Assembly (NCBI GenBank): GCA_963788655.1 | Contig: CAWBHS010000110.1 | Span: 128,001 to 192,000, forward strand | DNA length: 64,000 nucleotides | DNA from: an uncultured Verrucomicrobiae bacterium | Lineage (GTDB): Bacteria; Verrucomicrobiota; Verrucomicrobiia; Limisphaerales; JAFGQR01 | Direction of reading: 5' to 3' | Shown here: positions 9,477-19,446 of the stretch, one piece after another | Numbering within the stretch: position 1 is the first letter of the stretch | Layout of the letters: the number at the start of each line of letters is the position of its first letter | The notes under the pieces: generated by a model | Seen by the model: only the letters and a program-made list of their open reading frames with translations | Databases searched by the model: none | What the model was told of the DNA's origin: nothing | Position numbers and translations under genes: made by a program

Positions 9477-11888
9477 TCAAGACACTGACCTCCGTATTGG
9501 GCGGCCTCGCACTGGTCGCGGGCTTTAACTTCGGTATTAGCTCCATCGCATCCGCCGCGGAAAATGCGGCCGGTCCGGTCAAGCTTACCGTTCATGTCGA
9601 TCAACCTGGCCACCCGGTCAGTCCCACACTTTGGGGCATCTTCTTCGAAGACATTAACTGTTCCGCGGACGGCGGCATTTACGCCGAGATGGTCCGGAAC
9701 CGCTCGCTCGAGGACACGGACAAGCCGGAATACTGGTCCCCGGTTGGCAGTGGCTTGGCGGACGTGGAACTGGCGGTGGATTCGACGGAGCCAATGAGCG
9801 CCGAAAAATCCGCATTCACTCAAGGTAACCATTGCCAAGGCTGGTGCTGGCCGTGCCGGCGTGGCAAACGACGGCTACTGGGGCATGTCCGTCGTCAAAG
9901 GGGACACCTACGAACTGTCGCTCAACGCACGCGGCGCCGACGACTTCGCCGGGCCATTGAACCTCTCGCTCGAAAGCGACGACCGCGTCGTGTATGCGCA
10001 AGCGCGGATCCCGAGCCTAAGCCACCAGTGGAAGGCTTATCGATTCTCGCTGACCGCTCAAGGCACCGATCCCAAAGCGCGGCTCGTCATCAGCACCACC
10101 CAACCGGGCACGTTCTGGCTCGATATGGTTTCGCTCTTTCCCCGGAAGACGTGGAAGGGCCATGGCCTGCGCACCGACCTGATGGAAATGCTCGCCGGAC
10201 TCAAGCCCGCCTTTGTGCGGTTTCCTGGCGGCTGCTGGGTGGAAGGCGACACGATGAAATACGCGTACCGCTGGAAGGAAACCATTGGCGATCTTTCCGA
10301 ACGGCGCACGCAATACAACATCTGGCAGTATTACGCGACGCACGGCATCGGTTACCATGAGTATCTCCAAATGGCCGAAGACCTGGACGCTGAACCGCTC
10401 TTTGTCATCAATTGCGGCATGTCGCATCGCGAAGTCGTGCCCATGGATAAAATGGATGAGTTCGTGCAGGACGCGCTGGACGCCATCGAATACGCCAACG
10501 GCCCGGTGACCAGCCACTGGGGGGCGTTGCGCGCGAAGAATGGTCACCCCGCGCCATTCCATTTGAAGTACCTGGAAATCGGCAACGAGAACGGTGGCCC
10601 CGCCTACCAGGAACGTTATCCGCTCTTTTACGACGCCATCCGTGCCCGTTACCCGGAGATGGTTCTTGTTGCGGACGGGCGCACCGAGAAACGCCCGGCG
10701 GACGTTGTCGATGAACATTATTACAGCAATCCCGAGTTCTTCATCCAACACGCCGGCCGCTATGACAACTACGACCGGACTGGGCCCAAGATATATGTGG
10801 GCGAATACGCTGTGACCCAAGGAGCCGGCCAGGGCAGTCTGCGCGGTGCGATTGGTGAAGCCGCGTTCATGACCGGGATGGAGCGCAACTCCGACGTGGT
10901 CACCATGGCTTCCTACGCGCCGCTGTTCGCCAATGTGCATTACAAGAAATGGAACCCGGACCTGATTTGCTACGACAGTTCGCGGGTGTATGGCTTGCCC
11001 AGCTATTACGTGCAGCAGATGTTCAGTCAGCATCGCGGCGACGTGGTGCTGCCGGTGGACCTCGATGCCCCAGTGATCAGTAGCGGTCCAACGGGCGGCG
11101 CCATCGGCGTGGGCACCTGGATGACGCAGGCCGAATTCAAAGACATCAAGGTAACGCGCAATGGCCAGGCTCTTTATTCCTGCGACTTTGCCGACGGCAC
11201 CCAGGGCTGGAAACTGCTGGGCGGCGGCGAATGGAACGTCCAGGACGGAATGCTGCGCCAGAACAGTCCCAAGGAAAACATCCGCGCCATTACCGGCGAC
11301 AAGAACTGGACGGATTACACCTATTCGCTTAAAGCCCGCAAACTGGGCGGGGCCGAGGGATTTCTCATCCTGTTTCGGGTGCAGGACGAAAACGCCAAGT
11401 CCTGGTGGAACCTCGGCGGCTGGGGCAACCGACGTCACGCGGTCGAGATGGGCGGGATCATCGGCAATGAAGTACCGGGCCGGATTGAGACGGGTCGCTG
11501 GTATGACATCCGCATCGTCCTCAGCGGCGGGAACGTCAAGTGTTACCTCGACGGCAAGCTGATGCACGACGTGGATTATCCTTCGATGAAGTCCATTTAC
11601 GCCTCCGCCACGCGGGACAACCACAAGGGCGAAGTGATCGTCAAAGTCGTCAACGTGGACAGCCAACCGCACGCAACCGCGATCCAATTGGACGGCGTAT
11701 CTCAAGTGAACGGCCCGGCCCAAGCCATCGTGTTGACCGCTGCAAACCCTACCGCGGAGAATTCCCTGGCTGATCCCAAGAACGTGGTTCCGAAGGCCGA
11801 GACACTGAAGCTCAACGACGCCACCTTCCAGCATACGTTCCCCGGCAACTCGGTGACCGTACTGCGCATTCCGTCCAAAGCGAAGTGA
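9473..11888 (+). CDS. Secreted alpha-L-arabinofuranosidase (GH51) with CBM-like and inserted beta-sandwich domains; one frameshift near 9805
   Basis: Signal peptide; GIFFEDIN..ADGG.YAE; RFPGGC; EIGNEN; DEHYY; YVGEYA; GMERNSD; SYAPLF. Confidence 0.9.
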
Positions 11889-11892
11889 CCCC

Positions 11893-12622
11893 CAACGTGC
11901 TGCCGGCATCCTGCCGGCAGACCGAACGTGGCAATCGCAGTCGAACTGAGGATGGATGTTGGTGCGCACTCCCCGCGTCCGGTTCTTCCGGCGAGACGCC
12001 GAAAGCACGTTGTCAGCGTGCTGCCGGCATCCTGCCGGCAGACCGAACGTGAAGATTACGTTCGAATTGAGAACCAAGTCTGTGCGCACTTGCCACGCCC
12101 TGGCGGTGAATGATGTCCACATCGTGAACGAATCACCGATGGCTTCCAAACCTCGCGTAGCGTTTGGCGTGCGCCCGGCTTGCCGGCGCTTTCGGATAGG
12201 AACAAGCGATAAAACACATGCGATGCACCCCGCTTCAATGCGGCACCCCGGCACCAAACGAAAGCGGGAGCAAGCTCCGCGCACTCCAAACGCTGGCGCG
12301 ACTCATTGACCACCTTTCCAATGCGAGCGCCCACTATACGACCCCAACCCCAGCGTGCTGCCGGCGTCCCGCCGGCAGTTTGGAACGAAAGCTTCAATTA
12401 AGGACCAATGACCAAAATCCAAGCACCAGCGAATGCCCAAGGTCCAATGACCAATTGCCAACCAACCGGCAGCAATCGCTTGAACGTATGTTGGACCTTG
12501 GGCTTTGGGCCTTCTTTGGCCATTGGGCATTTATCCTTGGTCATTTTGCAGCGACTGCGGTCCAAAAAACAGTTGCTCGCCTCCTTCCATCCGTTCCTGC
12601 CAGCGGGACGCTGGCAGCACGT
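11893..12622. repeat. Composite cluster of REP-like elements (families B and C plus a heptamer hairpin)
   Basis: cgtgctgccggcatcctgccggcag at 11896, 12017, 12354 and inverted ~12596-12621; gcgtttggcgtgcg...gcactccaaacgc doublet 12159-12294; ccaatgac/ggtcatt hairpin 12405-12545. Confidence 0.85.
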
Positions 12623-12704
12623 TTAACAGCCTTCTTCTCTTCAGCCGGCCCAATAAAAATTGGTTTGTCGGACCGAGTGGCCTGCGGCAAGCTCACGCTT
12701 CCTT

Positions 12705-14032
12705 ATGCAGCAAGTAAACATAGGCATGATTGGTGGCGGCACGGTGGGCAGCGGCGTGTTTCATCACCTGCAACGCAACGGGTCCCTGATGGCGTCGCGC
12801 CTTGGCGTCAAAGTCAGCCTTCGCCGAGTCGCTGTGAAGGCCTTCGACGAACCCCGACCTTATGACATTCCCCGCTCGTATCTGACGACCGACTGGAAAA
12901 GCGTGGTGGCGGACCCCAAGGTCCACGCCATCATTGAACTGGTCGGCGGCACCACGCTCGCCCGCACCATGATGCTGGCGGCGCTGCAAGCTCGGCAAAC
13001 CGGTCATCACCGCCAACAAGGCGCTGATTTCCGCCCACGGCGAGGAACTGTTTGCCGCTGCGCAAAAGTTCGGCACGAACCTTTACTACGAAGCCAGCGT
13101 GTGCGGCGGCATTCCGATCATCAAATCGCTGCGCGAAGGTTTCGTCGGCAACCGGATCACGCACATTTACGGCATCGTCAACGGCACCTGCAATTACATC
13201 CTCACCCGGATGAAGCTGGAGGGCGCCGATTTCGCCGAGGTGCTGGCCGACGCGCAACGCTGGGCTATGCCGAAGCCGAACCGCACCTGGACATCGACGG
13301 CTACGACTCGGAGCACAAGACCGGCATCCTGGCCTCGCTGGCGCACGGGTTCTGGGTCAAGCCCAAAGAGATTCACGTCGAAGGCATTCGCCACATTTCG
13401 CGGTTGGACATGCAATACGCCCAGCAGCTTGGCTACACGATCAAGCTGCTGGGCATTGTGAAACAAGACGGGCAAAAGCGAGTCCGCCGGGAACGGATCC
13501 GCTGATTCAAGTTTCCGTCTATCCCGCGCTGATTCCGAACGCCCACGTGCTGGCCAGCGTGAACGATGTGTTCAACGCGGTGTTCGTGCGCGGCGACATC
13601 GTGGGCGACACGTTGTTTTACGGACGCGGCGCCGGCAAAGACGCCACCGCCAGCGCCGTGTTGAGCGACATGGCGGATGCGGCGCTGGACTTGAAGCCAT
13701 GGCACCAAGCATCGCGTTGCCGCCGTTCGTGCCGCACGCACGCGCAAGGCGCCGTGCGCCGATCGGTGAAGTCGTGTCGCGGTACTTTGTCCGGTCTGAA
13801 CGTGGTGGACCGACCGGGCGTGCTGGCCAAAATTGCCGCCATCTTTGGGCGGACGCAACATCGGCATTTCCTCGGTCATCCAACCGGAAGGCCATGAAGG
13901 TGAAAGCGTGCCGTTGATTCTGATGCTGCACGACGCGACCAACGGCGCGATGCAAAAGGCGTTGGCCAAAATCGCGCGACTGGCCGCCGTCAAAGCAAGC
14001 CGGTGATGATCCGGGTCGAGAACTTCGAGTAA
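12705..14032 (+). CDS. hom: Homoserine dehydrogenase with ACT domain, multiple frameshifts
   Basis: GGGTVGSG, ELVGG, TANKAL, EASVCGGIPII, GIVNGTCNYIL, GYAEAEP.LDIDG, FYGRGAG..ATASAV and DRPGVLAKIA across fragments. Confidence 0.9.
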
Positions 14033-14072
14033 GGCAACGCGGAGGCAGACGCAAAACCAGTTGATGCCATGT

Positions 14073-15437
14073 ATGGGCACCGTCCTGTTTCAAAGCACCA
14101 ATGGACATTCCGCCGCGGTCAATCTGCGCGAGGCGTTGTTGACCGGTCAGGCACCGGATCGCGGCTTGTATTTCCCGCAGGATATCCGCGGTTTACGGCT
14201 GAAGAAATCGCCGCGTTCGCCGAGATGCCGTATCACGAAATCGCGTTCCGCGTGCTCTGGCCAATGCACGAGGGCGCCATCCCCCCCCAGGCGCTGGCCG
14301 ACATGTGCCGCGAGGCATATGACTTTGACGTGCCCCTGGAAATCGGTCACGACCGCGTCCATGTCGATGCGACTGGATCGCGGACCGACGGCGTCCTTCA
14401 AGGATTTCGCGGCCCACATGATGGCGCGGATGATCGGACGCTTTGTGCGGGAGACGGGCAGACGCTGACCATTCTAACGGCCACCAGCGGTGATACTGGT
14501 TCCGCGGTGGCGACGCGTTTCACGACATGCCCGGCATCCGGGTCATTGTGCTTTTCCCGCTCGCGGAAGTCAGCGACCGCCAGCGCAAGCTAATGACCAC
14601 GCTTGCGCGGAAACATCCGCGCCATGGCGGTTGACGGCAAATTTGACGATTGCCAGGCGATGGTGAAACAGCGCATTTGCCGACCCGGCCTTGCGGCACA
14701 TTCCGTTGTCCTCGGCCAATTCCATCAACATCGGCCGGCTGCTGCCGCAGAGCTGTTTACTATTTTTATGCCGCCTCGCGGCTGGCCCAGCCGGGGGAAC
14801 CAATGGTGTTTGCCGTGCCAGTCCGGCAATTTTGGTGACATGATGGGCGCCGTCGTTGCCGGGAGATGGGGTTGCCGGTCAAACGAATCGTCGGTGCCGG
14901 TCAATGGCAACGACGAATTCCCCCACTTCCTCGCCACCGGCGAGTACCAAAAAATCGAGCCCGTCGCGCAACTGGCTTTCCAACGCGATGAATGTGGGCC
15001 ATCCCAGCAACCTGGCGCGCTTGGTGGCGGTCTATGGCGGGCAGATGGACGAAACCGGTGCGCTCCATCGAACGCCGGATATGGATGCCATGCGGCGGGC
15101 CCTGTTTTCGACGCCGGTCTCGGATGAACAAACTCAGGCCACGATCCGGGACGCTTGGGATCGGCACAAGCTGTTGCTCGAGCCGCACGGGGCCGTCGGT
15201 TGGCACGGATTCCTGGATTATCTGGATTGTGAACCGCTGGGCGACGCGCCGGTGGCCGTGCTGGAAACCGCGCATCCGGCCAAGTTCCCCGAGGAGATCG
15301 AACGTTTGCTCGGCTTTGCGCCGGAAACGCCGCCCGCCCTGGCCGCCCTGGATCAATTGGCCGAGGACTACGACATGATGCCCGTGGACGACGAGTATTT
15401 CCGGTCGTACCTGATTCACCAACACGCCGCGCAATAG
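14073..15437 (+). CDS. thrC: Threonine synthase, multiple frameshifts
   Basis: GQAPDRGLYFP, GPTASFKDF, ATSGDTGSAV, SGNFG, SNAMNVGHPSN, LLEPHGAVG and ETAHPAKF across fragments; follows hom. Confidence 0.9.
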
Positions 15438-15619
15438 ATCGCTTCCTGCATCCTTACACTGTCCGGGGTAAGGACTACCTGAGCGCGCCCCCCACTGGAC
15501 AAGCCGACCAACTGGCCCCAAATTGAACCATGGCCCTGCGGGGCCCCGGCGCATGCAATGAGGCGTCGGCACGTCGAAAGGATAGTGTGATGGCTATGGT
15601 CAAGTTTGGTGATTTCGCG

Positions 15620-16183
15620 ATGGTTTCGAGGCACAAACTTCTTCGCTCCTGCGGCACGGCGCTGTTGGGAGTTCTCGCCCCGGCAACAGTTTTCTTCAAC
15701 TCAATCCACGCGGCGCAAGTGGCTGAACATCCAAGTGCAATTTCCGCTGTCAACCGGCAAGCGGCAAGCGGTGCGGCCGTTGCTTCAGTTGCCGAGGCCA
15801 GACTGCAGCCGGCCGTTTGGTATTATCCCGCCACTCAAAAGTCGGTTAGCACGCCACTGGGCTTGCCGGTTGCTTACTCGTATTATCCACCCCAGAGTTA
15901 TCCGCCGCACCGGTTCAATCCATATCTTTACGATCCCTCGATCCGCAACCTTTACTCGTTGAATCGCCCCCTTAGCGACATGGACATTCGCCGGAACATC
16001 GACAATCGACTTTTCGACGACACCTTGCTGGACGCCACAAACATCCGCGTCAACGTGCGCAATGGCGTCGCCGTAATGACCGGGTCTGTGAATTACTGGG
16101 AATCGTTCTACCGGGCGGAACGTGATGCTTATATGGCTGGTGCCCGGCGGGTGATCAACCAATTGCGCGTCATCTATCGCTGA
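15620..16183 (+). CDS. Exported BON-domain protein with Tyr/Pro-rich linker (start uncertain)
   Basis: Signal-like N-terminus; SDMDIRRNI...LDATNIRVNVRNGVAVMTGSV...AE..A..AGARRVINQL is a BON pattern. Confidence 0.75.
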   Translation: MVSRHKLLRSCGTALLGVLAPATVFFNSIHAAQVAEHPSAISAVNRQAASGAAVASVAEARLQPAVWYYPATQKSVSTPLGLPVAYSYYPPQSYPPHRFNPYLYDPSIRNLYSLNRPLSDMDIRRNIDNRLFDDTLLDATNIRVNVRNGVAVMTGSVNYWESFYRAERDAYMAGARRVINQLRVIYR

Positions 16184-16204
16184 TACGGCCTGCGCGGTAT
16201 TCCC

Positions 16205-16363
16205 GGTAGGGCGAGACTCCGTCGAGCCCTGACTCTCCCGGAGGGTATTCGCAAATCCAAAACCGACCAACGGGAAATTGTGGGGGTTCGATACCCCGAA
16301 GGCTTTTTGCGGTTTCAGCTTATTGTGTTCGAAGACACCGCGGAGAAGTTAGGGCTCGACGGA
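16205..16363. repeat. Family A element, copy 2 (right arm truncated)
   Basis: ggtagggcgagactccgtcgagccct ... agggctcgacgga. Confidence 0.8.
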
Positions 16364-16431
16364 ACTACTGACTTCGTTGCGTCGGATTGCGTATGGCGTC
16401 GGGCGGGACGCCACGTTAAATTGGCGGCGCT

Positions 16432-18969
16432 ATGGCCGAACGGCTGCCCATTTACGAGATCGAGTCTGAATTGGTGATCCGGTTGAAATCCAACCGGCGC
16501 CTCATCCTGCAAGCACCCACCGGCTCTGGCAAATCCACCCAGGTGCCGCAGATGCTGCTGGAACACGGCTTCCTCGACCGCGGCCAGGTCGTCACCTTGC
16601 AACCCCGCCGGTTGGCGACGCGTTTGCTCGCCGCCCGCGTGGCGTCGGAACGCAACGTCGCCCTGGGACGCGAGGTGGGTTATCAAATTCGTTTTGAACG
16701 GGTCGCCAGTGCCGAAACCAAGATCAAGTTCGTCACCGAAGGTATTCTGCTGCGCCAGATGATCCAAGACCCGCAGCTGGCAGGCGTTCAAGCCCTAATC
16801 TTTGACGAATTCCACGAACGCCATCTTTACGGCGACATCACGCTGGCCCGAGCGTTGGATTTGCAGGAAACGTCCCGACCTGACCTGCTGATCATCGTGA
16901 TGTCCGCCACGTTGCAGGCCGGTTTTCTGGAGCAGTATCTGGCGCCGTGCTCGGTGCTGACGTCCGAAGGGCGCACGTATCCGGTCGATATCGAGTATGC
17001 GCTACGTCGTGCCGGGATGACCGCGCCCCCGGTTTGGGAACTGGCGGCCGCCGCGTTCAGCCAGCATGTCCGGACGGATGGCACCGGCGACGTACTGGTG
17101 TTCATGCCCGGTGGCTACGAAATCAGCCAGACCATCGAGGCCATCCGCCATTGCCCGGAAGCCAAGGGTTATCTGCTGTTGCCCTTGCACGGCGAACTAC
17201 CCACGCGCGACCAGGATGCCGCGGTGGCGCGTTACCAACAACCCAAGGTCGTCGTCTCCACCAACGTGGCCGAAACGTCGCTCACCATTGACGGCGTCCG
17301 GCTCGTCATCGACAGCGGCCTGGCGCGCATCCCGCGCTACGATCCGCACCGCGGCATCAACACGCTGTTCATCGAAAAAATCAGCCAGGCCTCGGCCGAT
17401 CAGCGCACCGGCCGCGCCGGCCGAACCGCGCCGGGACGTTGCGTGCGGTTGTGGTCCTCGCAGGAACACTGGGAACGGCCGGCGCACGAGTTGCCGGAAG
17501 TCAAACGGCTGGATTTGTCGGAAGTGGTGCTCACGTTGAAGGCAGTGGGCGTGACCGATTTGCGCCAGTTCCGCTGGCTGGAGCCGCCGACCGAGCAAAG
17601 CCTGGCCGACGCCGAAACGTTGTTGGTTGATTTGGGCGCGTTGGATCACCGGGGGTACATCACCGAAACGGGCCGCAAGATGTTGGCCTTTCCCGTGCAT
17701 CCCCGCTACGCACGCATGTTGTTGGCCGCGCAGGAATATAAATGTGTTTATCACGCGGCACTGGTGGCGGCGCTCACCCAGGGACGCGACCTCTTGATCC
17801 GCAAACCGGGCCGTGACGCCGAACAGTTTCGCGACGACAAATTCGGTGAACGGGCGCCTTCGGATTTCTGGATTTTGATGCGCGGCTGGAATTACGCGGC
17901 GCAAAACAATTTCAACCTCGACGCCTGCCGTAAAGCCGGGGTTCACGCGCTGACCGCCCGGCAAGTCGGCCCGTTGCACCAGCAATTCCTGCGCATTGCC
18001 CAGGACGAAGGGTTGGACATCCAACCGGGCTCCGTGCCGGACGCCGCGTTGCAGAAGTGCATTCTCATCGGTTTCTCGGACCGGGTGGCGCGTCGGCTGG
18101 ACGAAGGGACGCTGCGTTGTGAACTGGTCCATAATCGGCGCGGGGTGCTGGCGCGCGAAAGCGCCGTGCGCAACGTGCCGCTACTGGTGGCTGCCGAAAT
18201 TCGTGAGGTGGAGGGCGCGCAGAAATCCGTAAACACCCTGCTGTCGCTGGCGACGGCGATTGAGGCCGATTGGCTGAAAGAACTGTTCCCGGAAGATCTC
18301 GCGAGTGCCGTGAGCGTCCACTACGACAGCACCGCCAAACGGGTTTGCGCCGAGGAACAACTACGGTTCCGCGACCTGGCGCTTACTTCGCGCCGCGTCG
18401 AGACTCCCCCCGCGGACGCTGCCGCCCGCATCCTGGCCGAGGAAGTTATTCAAGGACGTCTGACGCTCAAGCAGTGGGACCATGGCGTGGACCAATGGAT
18501 TCTTCGCTTAAACCTGCTTAGCCGCTGGTGTCCCGAGTGCGAGTTGCCGCCCATCCTGGCCGAGGATCGTCGGCATTTGATCGAGCAGATTTGTCATGGC
18601 GCCGTTTCCTACAAAGACATCAAGGATCGCGAGGTCAAATCCACGGTCAAGTCCTGGCTGTCGCGCGCTCAACAAGACTTGGTGGACCAGCACACCCCGG
18701 AACGGCTGGCGTTTGCGAATGGCAAGAAGCCGAAGGTCACTTACGTGGCGGACGGGCATCCGTACATCGCGCTGCGGATTCAGGAACTGTATGAAGTGAA
18801 AAGGACGCCGCGCCTGGCCATGAACCGGGAGCCGGTGCTCATTCATATTCTGGCGCCCAACATGCGGCCCGTGCAAATCACCCAAGACCTCGAAGGCTTT
18901 TGGCGCGAGCATTACCCACGCGTCAAACAAGAGTTGCAACGCAAATACCCCAAACACGAATGGCGGTGA
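16432..18969 (+). CDS. hrpB: ATP-dependent RNA helicase HrpB
   Basis: APTGSGKST, DEFHER, MSAT, STNVAETSLTI, QRTGRAGR; C-terminal APNMRPVQITQDL.GFW...YP.VK.EL..KYPKH.W. Confidence 0.95.
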   Translation: MAERLPIYEIESELVIRLKSNRRLILQAPTGSGKSTQVPQMLLEHGFLDRGQVVTLQPRRLATRLLAARVASERNVALGREVGYQIRFERVASAETKIKFVTEGILLRQMIQDPQLAGVQALIFDEFHERHLYGDITLARALDLQETSRPDLLIIVMSATLQAGFLEQYLAPCSVLTSEGRTYPVDIEYALRRAGMTAPPVWELAAAAFSQHVRTDGTGDVLVFMPGGYEISQTIEAIRHCPEAKGYLLLPLHGELPTRDQDAAVARYQQPKVVVSTNVAETSLTIDGVRLVIDSGLARIPRYDPHRGINTLFIEKISQASADQRTGRAGRTAPGRCVRLWSSQEHWERPAHELPEVKRLDLSEVVLTLKAVGVTDLRQFRWLEPPTEQSLADAETLLVDLGALDHRGYITETGRKMLAFPVHPRYARMLLAAQEYKCVYHAALVAALTQGRDLLIRKPGRDAEQFRDDKFGERAPSDFWILMRGWNYAAQNNFNLDACRKAGVHALTARQVGPLHQQFLRIAQDEGLDIQPGSVPDAALQKCILIGFSDRVARRLDEGTLRCELVHNRRGVLARESAVRNVPLLVAAEIREVEGAQKSVNTLLSLATAIEADWLKELFPEDLASAVSVHYDSTAKRVCAEEQLRFRDLALTSRRVETPPADAAARILAEEVIQGRLTLKQWDHGVDQWILRLNLLSRWCPECELPPILAEDRRHLIEQICHGAVSYKDIKDREVKSTVKSWLSRAQQDLVDQHTPERLAFANGKKPKVTYVADGHPYIALRIQELYEVKRTPRLAMNREPVLIHILAPNMRPVQITQDLEGFWREHYPRVKQELQRKYPKHEWR

Positions 18970-19009
18970 TGCGGACACTGGGTCAAGCTGGGTGCGCCCT
19001 ACCTCAAAG

Positions 19010-19115
19010 AAATGCGGGAGCAAGCTCCACGCACTCCAAACGCTGCGCGAGATTGGGGCGGGCCAGCCGCAACGTCGCGCTAGCGTTTGGAGTGCGTCCG
19101 GCTTGCCGGCGCTTT
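19010..19115. repeat. REP-like doublet, family C
   Basis: gcgggagcaagctccacgcactccaaacgc ... gcgtttggagtgcgtccggcttgccggcgcttt; same family as 12159-12294. Confidence 0.8.
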
Positions 19116-19210
19116 CCCATGATGGGTGGCGTGGTTGGGTTTGTTGACGGCCTCGTAGCTTTGAGGCGCACGAGCAATTTGAAGGCGGCTTCGAACGCGC
19201 CCACCCCTCC

Positions 19211-19382
19211 GGTAGGGCGAGACTCCGTCGAGCCCAAACTTCCCCTCATTACGTTCGAAGACCGGAAACCGAAACTGCGGAAAGCCTCCAACCTTTCGAG
19301 AGCCAGCATTTTCCCTTTGGCCGCTTCACGTTTGGCGAACGCCCTCCGGGGAAATCAGGGCTCGACAGAGTCTCGTCCTACC
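19211..19382. repeat. Family A element, copy 3 (opposite orientation to copy 2)
   Basis: ggtagggcgagactccgtcgagccc ... agggctcgacagagtctcgtcctacc. Confidence 0.8.
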
Positions 19383-19446
19383 ACATGCCGCGCAGTTTTT
19401 TACCACATCATCGTTTCAACCTTTCAACGCTTCAACCCCGTCCCCC

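Noticed and set aside
11893..12090. Two ~35-bp direct repeats 121 bp apart, superficially CRISPR-like
   Set aside because: Only two exact units, the intervening sequences are homologous and contain the inverted arm, no cas genes, and the same motif is dispersed at 58203-58474; it is a REP family
10017..12284. 755-aa minus-strand ORF and similar long antisense ORFs (19424-21091, 27782-29098, 51599-52567)
   Set aside because: Shadow frames of well-supported genes in GC-rich DNA; no recognisable motifs
12218..12865. ORFs across repeat clusters (also 18900-19469, 45151-45537, 58174-58614)
   Set aside because: Translations derive from REP arms (for example GSTESRPT, VLPASCRQ, LECAELAPA) and do not look like real proteins
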